The notes: generated by a model from the sequence alone, not told the origin. A stretch of DNA of 64,000 bases from the human T2T-CHM13v2.0 reference genome, Homo sapiens (GCA_009914755.4 CP068257.2:13344001-13408000), one strand, 5' to 3'; numbered from the stretch's first letter, positions 13,698 through 28,667 are shown. Numbers and translations are program-made.

Positions 13698-16600
13698 GCC
13701 ATGAAAATACAGATGTGTCTACTTCGGTGAACTAATTCATCACACTTTACCATGCCTCGTTTTTTTAATCTCAGGGGCATAAAATTACCTCCTGTTGAAC
13801 TGAGGACTTAGATTCAACAGTGCCCAACAATTGTTTTTCCAGAAACGAGAATCATGATCAGTCTTCTTTGTACTCAACTGTTAACCATTTTTAAAACTAG
13901 GCATTTTTCTTAATTGTACTATCCAGCGCAGTTTTACATGAATTTATCATTTCAGGTATTAACATAGGGTTAATAGACTCTGCATGGATTCTTCAGATTT
14001 TACACTTAAAAATATATTGTAATAGCTCAAGTCTACTTTACCAAGAAAAGTATGTGCATTACCAGTAATAAGACATACAAAAGATTTTCATGTATCTTGA
14101 AGTATTTACATTATGAATAATCCCAAGCTATTTGAAAAATATTTTCAGGTCTCAACAATTATTTAAAAAGCACCTTTAACACTTCATAATTATGGCATCA
14201 CGGTGGTATGGTTAATCTTATAAATCTAGAGTTCTGGTGTTCTTTTCAATTAGACATTTTCACTTGGCTTATTTTTCTTTTATTCAAAATATGAAAAGGT
14301 ATGCCAGTCATTGAGTAGGCGAATGACAGAAGTTGTTAAATATTTTTTAACAACATACATTGCCACATTTTAATTTGCCTGCCTTAATTTTCAAATAACT
14401 CTTGAAAAGTATTGATAGTTAAGGGGCTGCAAACTAGGCAAAAATTAAGAACAAAATACTCAAAATAACTGAAGAAACTTATTAGGAGGCATCCTAAGCC
14501 GTTCTGTTTTCATGTAAACAACTGCTTTAACACTGCTAAAATACATGTGTCTCATTTTGCACTTTTTCTATTTCTTAAAAAAAATCAGTAGGAACAATTA
14601 AGAAATACTAGGGACTCAATGAAGTATTGCAATAATGTTTAATCGATACTGATGCATTTGTCCTTGACACACTGACCATGTCATCAGGCTACTGTCATCT
14701 TATATCATGTCATTTCTCCACCTGGCTCATGACCTTGTCCTCTAAATGACCTAAAGCTTCCCTCAAGTAGCAGGAGGCCCCTCCCCGCTGTCTCAGCAAG
14801 GTCGAACGGGTCAGCGTGTCCTCATCTATAATCCACCACCATTTGTCAGCAGGGAGGCTGGAGGAGGCAGGCTTGCTACAAGGGGAGAATGCCCAATTAG
14901 GCAGCTGTCACACAAAGCATAGGCTGCAAAATTATCCCCTGTCAAAAGAAAGAGCAGCTGCGGGTGCCAATTACAGCAACCTTTCAACCCTTTAGGTACT
15001 GGAAACTACACAGAAGTAAATGAAGAACAATTAGTGATAACAAATCGATGAATTAGGACAGTAAATTAGAAATTACTAGCAGGTGAGCTTGGGTCATACA
15101 TGACATTTAGGGCACACCAGACTCCAGGCAAGGGCAGGATGCAATGAATCACACTAACCATTTCCTCACATATAGATTTCCCCTCCAATATTTTCTTTTT
15201 GCAAACCTGAGATCTTTAAAATACCCATACCTAAAAATATGTATCTTAATATACACACCTTTTCATTTCATGGACCCCCAAAATTGTTTCTCAATAGGAG
15301 AAAAATCCTTCAGAATAATAAGTCTAGTTCATTCTAACTTGTTTTCACACAGTCCAACATGTTATCCCCTCAAACAAATTTCTTAAGTGTCGCCCACAAA
15401 ATCCAAAATATCAGTTTAAATCATCACACTTAAAATATTGTACTTGTCCTGATTCTACTTCAGTCAAAAAGCAACTGGGTATAAATTCTGAGAAAACTGC
15501 TTTGCTAATATCATAATGTTGAAGGTAACTTTCTCTACACAATGTCATTTTGTGGATAAAAAAATAACTGCCATGTGTGCTTCTATACATAATACACATA
15601 AAGAAAATATCAACCACAAAATTACTCTCTTAGATTGTTCTGCTCCAATCCTGCAGAGGTGATATACATTAAGTCTCAAGCACAGAAAGCCAATGCACTT
15701 GGACTTTGTCCAACTAATTTATTTGGTAGTTAACATTCGCAGGCAGTGAAGGAGGAACATGGGGAAACAAGCCCCACCAAGGGGAGCAGATCCAATATGG
15801 CTACCGAGTGTTCATGGACATGGTTTCATTGTGCCTTAAAATGTCATGCATGTTCAGAAACAACTTTCTTAAAGTCCATTTTTAACTAAGATTAATTTTT
15901 TTTCCATAGAAAAAAGATGGTCTTCCTACATCAGTTCTTTGAAAGTTGAGAAACCTGAATGATACGTGCTGTTATTTCTAAAGAGGCAGGAGAAAATTGC
16001 TTAACTAGACTTCTAAATCACAAATGGATAAAAGTGAGGAAGAGAGAAGGTGAGGCAATAAAGAAGCACTTTACTCACCCACCTCCAACACATTATAAAT
16101 AAATCACAGTTGCCAGAGGGAAAAGTGTGTAACTCCTAGTTCCTAAGTCCAGCCATGTGATAATGTTTCTAGGAGATAGATGTCATGGGGAGAAAACTTC
16201 TCCATGAAAAGTTTATCTGAGAATTTGATTTATAAATTATATTTCATCATTTAAAAACTGGGCATTTATAAATTCTCTTAAGTTTAGAATGCAACCCTCT
16301 AAAGTCAGACATAAGGAATTCAAAGCAATGACAAATAGATAGGAATGAAGGAGTTAATGCCTTTAGAATTCAGCTTCCATCATACATGGGTGACTATCTC
16401 TTTAAATAATTTAAATCCTCTCCATCAACTACAAAGCTGTTTTGAAGCCATTTAGCTTTGTTCTTTACATGTGTTCTAATTAAGAGATGACCTTGTCATC
16501 ACACACACCAGAAATCCGGGATTATTTCCTACAGCAAAAATTCACAGAGCCCCCCAAAGAAGAAAAAGGGGGGTAAAAAAGTCTTCTTCCTCAGTTCCTC

Positions 16601-19600
16601 ACTAAAGGAAGTTGTTGGTTGGTTGAACGCTGAGGCAGTTTCACCGCATAATTTTTTTGTTGTTGTTGAATGTCACAGGGCGGGTTAGTGTGACCTTGAG
16701 CTGCATCAGCAGCACAGCAAGGGTCGAGATGCCTGCAGGCGCCCTTGTACTGGATTTGCAAGACAAAAACCTTCAAACTGGCTGAAGGACATCTTAAATC
16801 TCTTCAAAGGTTTTCCGAACTAATCTGGGCTGCTCTTAGCAGGATCTGTGCCAGTGTGAGAAGCAAAATTAAAAACAAGGTCTTTGACAGGATGTTGTCT
16901 CCTCTTAACCCTTCCCAAGCAGAATAGAACAAACCACCAGCATTCTGGAGAGAGGGTTTACCTAGAAGCATTCTTTTATAACAAATTATGTAAGCAGACA
17001 ATCACAAAGAATGGGGCAGTTATTAGTTCTCAAAAGTAAACAACCCTTCCATTGTGCTTATTAAAGAATTCAGGTCGAATTCTTTCTTGACTATATTTCA
17101 GTGTAGTGAATGTAAAACTTAAAGCTCTATTTGTATCTTTCAGATTTGTAGCACAGTCACAGGTTAAGACTAAAAAATATTTCCATCAATATTTATCTCT
17201 AGAATTTTCATTTTTAAAAAAAAATACATGGTTTTAGTTGGTTAAGTCACAAACTTCACGCATACTGCATATAGCTTACTAAAATTACAGGTAAGGAAAA
17301 TTACATTATAGCATGTTTACTAAATTTCTTATTCCCAACATGATGAATACATTCTTAAGACGGAAAAAAAAAATCATTAGAATAGTGAGTAACACAAGTA
17401 AAACAAGGTAAAGCAATCTCGGTCTTGTTATAAAAACATCAGCATGACATTTGATGTTTTAGCATTACCAGTGCATGGGCCAAAAGAGAAAGTATTAATG
17501 CCAGTAGAGGGTGTTTGATTCTTCCCTGGCAATGCTCTCAAAATTTAATTTAGTAGCTAAAGTAGGCAAATGTTTAAATCATTACTCTAGAACAACAAAA
17601 GGAAAAAGGTGAATAAAATAGTCCTGGCTTTCAAGAAATAAATAGTCTGGTGGAACAAACAGCTGTAATGCTTAAATCACAATATATGCTAAAATCAGTG
17701 TGTCTCCATCTATAACATGCTGGTTTGTCATCATCAGATATAAGGTATGTCATGATTAGTTCTAAAGAGTATTTAGTGTAAGTATTTAGTGTTAAGTACA
17801 GAATTTAATAAGGTCTAAGAGGTTGCAAATTATTCCCTTTTAAAAAAACAGACTAAATAAATTCAAGATAACTTGGGTGATAACCACACTTTCACTCACT
17901 TGGATTCAGGTATGTTTTCCTGAACAGGACAGGAAAAGGACAGAGTAATAACACCTAGTGAGTAAATAAGACCCGAGAGTGCACAGTGCCGGTGATTTTC
18001 TTCCTTAGTCTCTGTGCCAAAGGAGAGAGAGTATATACTGTGCTAAATGCAATGACTGAAATATGTAAAAAGTGCTCTAGGAACACAGATAGGCTGTAAC
18101 CAGGTTTTTAGTTCATATGTACACATGCAGGTGGTAGTCAGTGATGGTTAAAAAATGAGTAAGGGCTAGCCAGGCAGAAGAGAATGGCAGCCATTCTAGG
18201 GTCCAGAAATAGCACTCAAAGGCAAGGAAGAGCTGAGTGTGACACAGGAAGTGTGGTAGTCCAATGGGAGTGGAGATTAGGCTGGAAATGCAACTGGGAC
18301 CAAGGACTTTGAATCAAGGCCATGCCAAGAAGCTGGCCTTTATCTGGTGGGTTTCCTTACAAGCAATGGTATTATTAAAAGCATATTAGAAAAACAAAAC
18401 CAGAAGCTATGGGAGTTGTTGATAGCTTGGAGGGAAGAAGAAACTGTAGATCAGTTAGTGCACTGCCATGGTCAAAATAAGGCAAAGGCAGGAGAGTTGA
18501 AGAAAAAGACAGCTCTGGAAACAATGAAGGCTGCTTTGAATATTTAAAAACCAATTTGTTTAACATAAACAGTGCTATAAGATAGGGTGTTATTTCATAG
18601 CAACTTTATTGAATCAAAGATAAAAACGATAAAAATAATTACTATATCTCAAGCCTAGGTTTGATAAACACTGTGCTAAAAAAATGATTTCTACAAAGTT
18701 TCAAAAAAGTAGTAATTCTTACAGGGGTGCTTTAAAGAGGCAGAATCAGATCCTGTTTGAAGTCTGAATTTTGTACTTTGAACTATCAACCTTCATTAAG
18801 TATTAGGTAAGGGTTTTGCTAAGACAGTGACATGTACCTTTTCAGAACAGTGTGAGAGCGTATTTCCCTTGGCTATAAGACAGAGATGTCCGACTTAAAT
18901 TATAATGTGGTTCTTGGAGCTAAGAGTTCTATCCAACGCTAATGAGAAAAAAAATTAACTCAGCAAACATTTCTTGAGTCCCGACTACGTTTAGGACACA
19001 GAATTAAAAAATAAAAACTACCCAACATTCTATCAGCTTCATGTTTTTAGATGATCACTCATAATGATATCAAGTCCTCAAATTCCAGCTTGCATGACAT
19101 CATCACACAATAAAAACACTACGAGTAAAAACAGTATGAAGCTGTCAGTAAATCAAGTGTCGGAACTAGCAGCCATCTTGGTATTCCGATCCAGCTGAAA
19201 GGTACACAACGCATTCCCAGAACCCTCAGGGAAGACCCAGCACCAATGTAATTTGAAGAGCGTCGTCAGATACTCTAGAGACTGACTGTCCCGCTAAGAC
19301 CTCAGAAAGAATTTAACAGAGTATCAGCCAAGGTAAGAGAGTAGGGAGTAAAACAGAACAGGAGTCACCAGGGCCAAGTAAATATCTGCCAGAGAGCAGA
19401 CTGTACTCTCAGAAAAGGACCGCCAGCATCAGGGATCAGGTTGAGGCAAGTGGAGGGGAAGGTCACACAAAGGAGAGAAGGAAAGACTTGAGGGGAAGCC
19501 TACTCAATCCTGCAAAATAACACATCAACTTCATTTTGTGAAACTTTTTTAAACGACCAAACCTCTAGAGTTGGGCGAATCACCGTAGAAGAAGTATTAG

Positions 19601-22272
19601 AAGGTACACAAATCATAAAGAGGACTTGAAAGCCGGGGTAGGGGGAAAATTGACAGGGCAAAACTAGGAATGACCTTACTGAGTATCCACAAATAAAATG
19701 ACTTCTCCTTGAGTAAGCATCTCTGTCTTACAGCTGCCAAGCCAACGCTGGCAGTAAGTTTCAGCACATTCTAGGTCTAGACATTAATAGAAAAGTGGGT
19801 AATATGATACACCGTGCAGTTATTAAAAAAAAACTTATTAGTCTACAAACACAAAAGCAAGGTTAACATTATTGGAATAAAAATATAGAAGATTCTGTTC
19901 GCAATTAGACAAGTGAATTGCCATAATACAGCAGTCCTCAAAGGGTGGTCCAAGGATGCCAGGGGTGGCCATGACCCATTCAGGAGGCACATGAAGAAAA
20001 GACTACTTTCATACTACTAAATGTTATCTGGCTTTTGGTATCATTCCTTCATAAGTGTACAGTAGAGTTGTCTAGAGGCTATATACATGGAATGCATCCT
20101 TGTGTAACTCTTGTTTTAAATTTTTTCTCAGTTTAAATTTCTAATATGATAAACATCAGTTGATATGAATCTCATAAATAAAAGCTCTCTTGGGTCCTTG
20201 ATAATTTAAGAATATAAAGTTGTCTTGAAAGCAAAAAGTTTGAAAGCTGCTGCTATTAATAGTTGAAAAGTACAATGTTGGTTTTCTTCAAACATAATCT
20301 CTTCTAATTTCAAGAATTTCCACTATAATTATGGCAGATAAATATTGTTCTCTGTGCAGAATGTCCCTAAGACCAAGACGAGGAAAGAAAAGAAAGAACT
20401 TTCTAAAAAGATGAGTAAACTAAGGAGGATATGAAAAATCTCCCATCTCTAGAGTCGTTATTATTCTGAATTTACCATACAAGGAGTAACAAATGTACAA
20501 ATATTTATAAAGAAGCTGCTATGTTGTTAAGAGCTGAAGTTATAAGGATAACTAAGTGATAAACCAGCCCTTAGTGGGCTCACAATCTCATCGGGAAAAA
20601 ACAGATCAACAACATAGTGAGATGCTACTAAAAAGATGGCATGGACAAAGTGGAGAAAGCACTGAAAGACACAATTTTTGGAAGAAGACTGAGTGGTAAG
20701 GCAGGGAACACCATTTTTAGTGAAGGTTCTCTACAGAGGCTGCATGTGAACTGACTCTAGGGACAAACAAGGCTTTCTCAATTAGAAAAGAAGCTTCAGT
20801 ATTCTTCAGAAAGTAGGAGGACCATAAGCCCAGTCCAGGAAGCACAATGGCATAGAGTATGTTCTAGAAACTTTAAGTAATCACCTCCAAGAATAAAAAT
20901 TGCCAGTAATGACAAACTTTTATAGAACATGACAAAATAATTTGATGGCATGTTCTATAAAAGTTATAATTAAATTTAATGATGAAAGATGTGGACTTAG
21001 ATTTTGTAGTCTTGTTAAAAACTTCTGTCATATAGCTTTTTAAAAAGACAATAAAAGTGAGTTACTAAAAAAAATAAAATAGAAACAGACAAACAAATTA
21101 TTGGCCTTTACTGCAGATATTTTGAGAAGCACTAGCTTGGAGGACAGGCTAGAAGATGGCAGGTGGGGAGGAGGTGCAGAGAGGGGCGGCAACAGCAGGA
21201 GACAAAGCTTCAAGCTAGAAGCTTACATAGACTGTACTATGAACATTTTTTTAAATAAATAAATGCAAAAAGGAAGCAAGCGAGGTTTGAAAATTACTCA
21301 TATACCTCTAATCCAGAATGAAGAAATTCTAGTTATCTAAATAAAATGCATAAGCTCTGACGTTAGAATCAGAAAATTTTCAGATATGCAAACCACAGGC
21401 CACATGGTTGAAGGGCAAATGTAGCAGAGAATCAAGGAGACTATCAGGTTCACAACAGTTAATTTCAGTGAAAAAAGACCAGGGTCTGTGTAAGAAGAGA
21501 AAGTGTATTGACAGTTTGATCAACACTTTTAAAATTATTTTGATTCCTTCATTTGAAACCTTTCATGGAAAAGGAAAAAAAAAAAAACCTGAGTTGATAT
21601 GGAGGCTTCGCATATAGCGACTTTATAAAATCTGAGTTGATATGGAGGCTTAGTCTAGTAGGGATCTTCCTCCCCAAACAACGTAAGTTATATCAATTAA
21701 GATACTAAGTAAAAGACTTAAGGAAAAGTCAATTATTTAAAGATACCAAATTAAAAAAATGTTAATTGTATTAATGTTTCCCATAGTAACAGTAAGTTAG
21801 GATTAAGGAAGGTCTATTACTTTTCTATGTTCATTATGCTATTGCAATTGCTACATTATTTTTGATCAGACAAGTAACACAAGTAAGCTGGAGTTTTAGG
21901 AAGATCTGGTGGTTGTAAAAGACTCGAACAAGGATGTCAGTAAACAGGCCTGCCAGCACAAGAGCTCCAGATGAGAAATGATAAGACTCTGAACGAAGAT
22001 GGCTGGCTGTGAGAAAGGGAATTAAGAGTGGATGGAAGCAATGCTGGAAACTAACAATGATTCATTTGAGCCAAGCATACAGATTTTCTTACCAGGGTTA
22101 TCCACAAGGCCAGGAAAACACTAGTGAGAAGGCCAAATTGGTTTACGGCAATTAATTCCAACTAGGACAACTCACCCAGATTATAAATTGATCTTTCTTT
22201 CACCAGCATCACGTTTCTACTAAAAATCTGGTGTGAAAGTTTAAACACATTTTACAAAGAGTTATTTCTTAA

Positions 22273-22674
<402 letters not shown>

Positions 22675-23635
22675 AGTACTGGCCCTTTTTTAAAAAAAAA
22701 TTTATATAGATATTTTATGTCTGACAGGAAAGTTTTAAACTCAAGACATCTATTCTACCATAGTTGTCAAAAATTTAATCAAACTAGAAAAAAGTACAAT
22801 AGAGAACTCGTCCTAGTGGAAAACCATGACATATAACAATAAAAATTCCATTAGAGAAAATTAGTATATTCAAGTGTTTAAGCTAAATTGATTTATGGTC
22901 ATTTAGTTAACACTACCGAAAATATTCTCTGTTTTTGTATCAGCAATTTTATCAAAATTAGCTAATAAATATTATACACTGAGATAAACAGCACAGAAAG
23001 TATATAAAGTCCTATAAAATATAAAAAAGGGTGAATTAATTTTGTTAGTTACTCAATATGATGATTGTATCTCTTTCAAAAGAAGGAGCTAACAAAATAG
23101 CAAGGGAAACATGGCCTAAGACACTGAAAGGCTTTTTAAACACTTCATTCTTTATTTAGTTTGCAATATTCAATTAATTACATCCTTTTTCCTCCCAATC
23201 ATTATCTTTGAGCTTTCAGTCAAAAAAAATTACTATACTTAAAAATATAACATGAGTGTTTTGCAGGGTAAGACAAACTATAGTAAAAACCTCATAAAAC
23301 ATTAGTTTAGAATCCTCAACTTGTCAAATACTCATCTCCTGAGATATACCAGATCCTCCTTTTGGAGACACAGTCCACTGGTTAATGAAAGGCATATTGA
23401 AAAGACATTCTATACTTTGACCCAACATCTCCCAAGCTTATTTGACCATGGACTGTTCATTTAAAAGGAAAACATATTTAACACAACACGTTTTAGAAAA
23501 AACACATTTGACATAATCATCTTTAAAATCTAAAAACGTTTAAAAATATGTGAAAGGAATATAGAAAATCACTATCAGTAATTTGTTTTTATAAATTTTT
23601 AGTTTTCAAAGTTGTTCACTATACATTATAATGTC

Positions 23636-23938
23636 TTTTTTTTTTTTTTTTTTTTTTTTTTGAGACGGAGTCTTTCTCTGTCACCCAGGCTGGAGTGCAG
23701 TGGCACAATCTTGGCTCACTGCAACCCCGACTGCCGACTTAAGTGATTCTCCTGCCTCAGCCTCCCAAATAACTGGGACTACAGGCACGCGCTACCACAC
23801 CTGGCTAATATTTGTATTTTTAGTAGAGACAGGGTTTCACCATACTGGTCAGGCTGGTCTTGAACTCCTGACCTCATGATCTGCCCACCTTGGCCTCCCA
23901 AAGTGCTGGGATTACAGGTGTGAGACACCATGCCTGGC
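23636..23938 (-). mobile_element. Alu SINE (AluS-like), antisense, ~36-nt poly-T leader, TSD 'tgtcttttt'
   Basis: T36 run, then 'gagacggagtctttctctgtcacccaggctggagtgcagtggcacaatcttggctcactgcaac...cctcagcctcccaaataactgggactacaggcacgcgctaccacacctggctaat...ggcctcccaaagtgctgggattacaggtgtgagacaccatgcctggc'. 'atgtcttttt' precedes it and 'tgtcttttttttt' follows. Confidence 0.9.
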
Positions 23939-26900
23939 TGTCTTTTTTTTTAATCTGGAAGAAAAATCTAAATTTGACAATTTTCTAAGAACAACTCATT
24001 GGCTGTGTATATTTACCAGATGGCTACCTATAATTTACTTATCCAACTCCTAGTTGGATCCAGTGAGCATTGCTTATCATTCTGGCTATGTGGTAAAACA
24101 AAGGTGTTGAAAATTAAGAACAACAACAAACCAATTATATCTTGTGGCGGGGCGGTCACAGGAATATGCATGATTATAATGTTAATTTTAATAGAATTAG
24201 AAGTTCAGAAATGGGGTTCAATATCAACTGTTTCATCAAATATAAAAGCAGATTTCAGACTGCCAACCAGTGATTAACACCTAATTATATCTGAATAAAA
24301 AAATTTTAGTATTTACAAATAATTGCGTCATTGATTTTAAATTCCAATTATAAGTAAAATATAAATGAATATACGAAAAGTGACTTGCAACCAAATAATT
24401 ATTAGTAATTTTATGCAGTCTTTTAAAAAATAACATTTTAAAGATTTTCTTGATGAAATTACAAGAAAAGCTAAGCATTTAAGTGGGTGATTAAAATAAC
24501 TTCATTACTAGGTTTTCTGAACATTATCAGAATAGTGAAGAAAAAGCAGTTAGGATTATCCATATGAGGCCTACAGGTAAAGAGCAAATTTGGCTCAAAG
24601 TTGCCATTCCCTTTTTGAAACACTGTGGTCAGGTAAAACATGGTGAATTTCAGCATGCTGTATCTGCTCTCTCTCTTTGACCAGAGTTTTTCAGTTAGCT
24701 AGATGAAACTGAACTATTCACAACGGATTATGAGCACAATAATCAATCATTATGCCTTTACCTAGTTCACTTGGATTTCTCCTTCCCAGAAATAAGCAGC
24801 ATAAGGTCCAAGAGCTTAAGACATGACAAATTCATTTAGGTTGTAGCTATACTAGAAAACAGGAGTGTTAATCCAAGTAGAATTAACCACTTGCTCATCG
24901 TCTTTTTTGTTGCTCTGCCCACCTACTTGTGTTAATTTAATCCAATTACTTTATCATTTCTCAGAAATACTAATAATGCTCTTTCCTTTGTAAGAGGAAT
25001 TTTAATAATTCCAAAAGTAATCACTGGCCTATACTATAATAAACACACAATAATCAAACATGCTTCTATTTTTCCTCAAAACGGTAATTAACTTTTTATC
25101 TGAAATCAGGGATTGCTATTGTAGGATTTGTATTAACTGTCCATTTTCTCTGGTTTTTGATAAATCGAATTAAGTGTTGTCAACAAAAATACTATTTCTT
25201 CTTTCAAGCTTTCCAATTCCTCTCTCCAGAAGTAATCTACACACTGAATTCTCAAGAATATTTTTCTCCATTTCTCTTACAGCATTTAACCTCTTTTACT
25301 GTTTGATTACATTATTTATCTACATTTATTCTTTCCATATAAGTTCCTTAAAGGAAGGATTGTAGCTCTTTCATTTTTTAAACCACATTGCCTGATGAAG
25401 TAACTTGCACAGATGAAGTACATAATACATATTTTGAATTATAAGCTAATTTATAACTGAGAAAGAATTGTCTGAAATATATTAAAGTCATAATGATTAA
25501 GCCTTAAGAACTCAGGAAAAAAATATTCTCACCGTCTGTCTCCAAGCTCTGAGCCTCTGCTTTCTGAGAAAGAAAATTGAGAAGGCTGTTGAAAAGTAGC
25601 TCTGATGTCATCCGGAGTCTTCAGATTCCCTGTCCTCCTTCAGTCAAGTGTGCATCTTAACAAGAGGGAAAAGATAGTTTGGCATCTATTCCAAACCAGA
25701 TTCTGGAATACCTTTTGATCAAGTTCAACTTATCCCATTACCTTTTCTTGTTCAAGTTCAATGCAAAAGTAGTCATTTGACAGAAAAATATCAATTGTTT
25801 ATGAATGCTGGTTCATTAACAGAAAGCAATAGATCTCTGCTTTCTAGGTAATAATCGATAAAAGTAGCTGCTTCAACAAAATAAGCTGTGAAAAAGGTTT
25901 ATAGTTGCTAGGATGTGTTTATTAACCTTTGTTAATTTCAAATTTCTTAGCGTGCTGTGCTAAATTAATTAATTTACATACAAAAAATTATAAATCCTCC
26001 TAAACGTGTATTTCTTAAAAAAAAAAAAAGAATAGCTATAGTTTTCTTATATGGAACTTTTTCAGTTTCAAAATACCAAGTATGTAATCTTTGCAGCAAA
26101 AAAATTGGTAATAAATATCAAATGCCCTATATATCCATGAAAAGATTTACACAACAATGCCCAAAGTAGATTTATTTTTAATAGTCAAAAACTGGAAACA
26201 ACTGAAATGCCCATCAATAGGTGAATGAATCATATGGTATATCCATACAATATAATTTTACTACTCAGTATCAAAACAGAATACACACAACACATACGGA
26301 AAATAAATATGGATGAATCTCAAAATAATTACCCTGAGTGCAAGAAGCCAGACAAAAAGAAACATATTTTGTGTGATTCCATTTGGATAACATTCCAGAA
26401 AACGCAAATTCATCTATTGTGAAAGAAAATAGATCAGTGAGGTTGCCTGGGGATGAAGGATGCCCAAGGGAGGGATTACAAAGAAATATCATCTTAATGG
26501 TGATGATGGTTTCACAGGTGTACACACATGTCAAAACTTGTCAGATTGTTCCTTAAATATGTGCAGTTTATTCATCAATTATACCTCGATAAAACTGTAA
26601 CAAAAATTAAATGCCTTAACATGTTATATGTCCGTTGATGCAGCAATTCCATGTCTAAGATTTATCCTAATTAAAAAAATCATGGAGGATAGGTGTAAAT
26701 ATTTAGCCATAAGGATGTTCAAAATACATATTATTATATTTGTGCAGTACATTGTATACAGCCATAAAATGTCAAAATGAAAAAATTAGAAATAGTTAAA
26801 TAAACTACAGTATATTACATCATGGAATATTATGTAGTCATTAAAATATTATACAAGAAAATTAAATTATATGAAATTATATACTATATAAGTGATAAAA

Positions 26901-27289
26901 ACAGGAAACAACATTATTTCAGCATAATTGAATTTTTGTTTTAAACAAAAGTAAATGCAGTAATTATTTCTGCATTTAGAGGTAATTGTTATTTTTTCTT
27001 TTTGCTGATTTGCATTTTCTAATTTCTCTACAGTAAATACATACATATTATTTTTCTAACAAACACCACAAATAAAATGATGCAAATAGGAAAAAATCTA
27101 AAATTTTCCACTCCCTAATACAAGTATAAAACTCCTAAGAGGCAGTGCACAATACAGATGTAGTTCTGAGCTATCACACGGCCACCAGCAGCACCCTACT
27201 AAATAGCTGTGGGAAAGAGACAGGTCTGACACATAAATGGGAGCATCATTAAGTGAGTAATGCTTTACCAGTTACAAAATGCTATCATG

Positions 27290-27415
27290 GACATGACTGT
27301 ATTTGATTTTCACAACTCGGTGAAATGAGCAGAGATTCCATTTCATAGAGGAGCAACAGATACTGAGCAGGGCTGGTTAAGTCATATGCCCCAAATTATA
27401 GATCTTGGACTCAAT
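27290..27415 (+). mobile_element. MIR SINE fragment
   Basis: 'ttccatttcatagaggagcaacagatactgagcagggctggttaagtcatatgccccaaattatagatcttggactcaa' resembles the MIR core ('ccccattttacagatgaggaaactgaggctcagagaggttaagtaacttgcccaaggtcacaca...gatttgaacccag'). Confidence 0.4.
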
Positions 27416-27790
27416 TAAATCTTGACTATAAATTCAGATAGTAATTCTAAGAAGAGTAGGAAACAATCACTTGCCCTGATTATATATACCTAGAAGGATG
27501 TGATTCACACATCAACTTAACAATAACCATATGTGTAATTACATGAGTACTCCTATTAGAATGTGGTAGGGACCTCGGGAATTTCTGAAGTCTCCAATCC
27601 CCAGTCTCTGAAGTAATACTCAAGGCACGCCCATCTTCCCGTTATCAACATTATCTACCAACTCACTGAAATTCCAGTAGAATTTAACTGTTCAGTTTTC
27701 AATTACCTTTTTTCCTTCTTGAAAAAAGATTATAACCTTTTATTTTAAAGTTGGAACAAGAAAGTACCCATAACTATATTTGAGAATGCT

Positions 27791-28234
<444 letters not shown>

Positions 28235-28401
28235 CTAGTAATCTATAAATTGATTACTGGAACTTTAAAATGTGAACTTGTGGGCTAAATCTTTTTTTGG
28301 TCTGTGTATATAGATAAGAAACCCTACAAACTGGCATATTCTATAAAGAAAACCACCAACTCCTGAGAAGGGTAAAAGGAAATATCTCTAGAGGAACATT
28401 A

Positions 28402-28545
28402 CTATTATCATTATTATTTTTATTTTTAGAGACGAGGATCTCGCTATGTTGCTCAGGCTGGTCTCAAACTCCTGGGTTCAAATGATCCTCCCGACTCAAC
28501 CTCCCAAGTAGCTGGAACTGCAGGTGTGCACCACGGTGCCCAACT
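28402..28545 (-). mobile_element. Alu left-monomer-only element (FLAM-like), antisense, with T-rich tail and 13-bp TSD 'tagaggaacatta'
   Basis: Tail 'ctattatcattattatttttattttt', then 'agagacgaggatctcgctatgttgctcaggctggtctcaaactcctgggttcaaatgatcctcccgactcaacctcccaagtagctggaactgcaggtgtgcaccacggtgcccaac' (left-monomer homology only). Direct repeats at 28388-28401 and 28546-28559. Confidence 0.7.
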
Positions 28546-28667
28546 TAGAGGAACATTATTAATGAACTGGTCATTATCTGTTGATGACACCATGAGGAAT
28601 CCTTACAGCTACTACTCTTACCAACACTCCTAGAACTAAGAGACTTAACAGGTAATGATAACTATAG

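Noticed and set aside
18100-20900. Scattered similarity to ancient L2/MIR-type repeats (for example MIR 5' at 18955-19010; 'ccttagtgggctcacaatctcatcggg' about 20565-20600)
   Set aside because: Not listed as discrete features. Too diverged for me to place boundaries or family reliably by eye. Mentioned only as likely ancient LINE/SINE debris that RepeatMasker would resolve.
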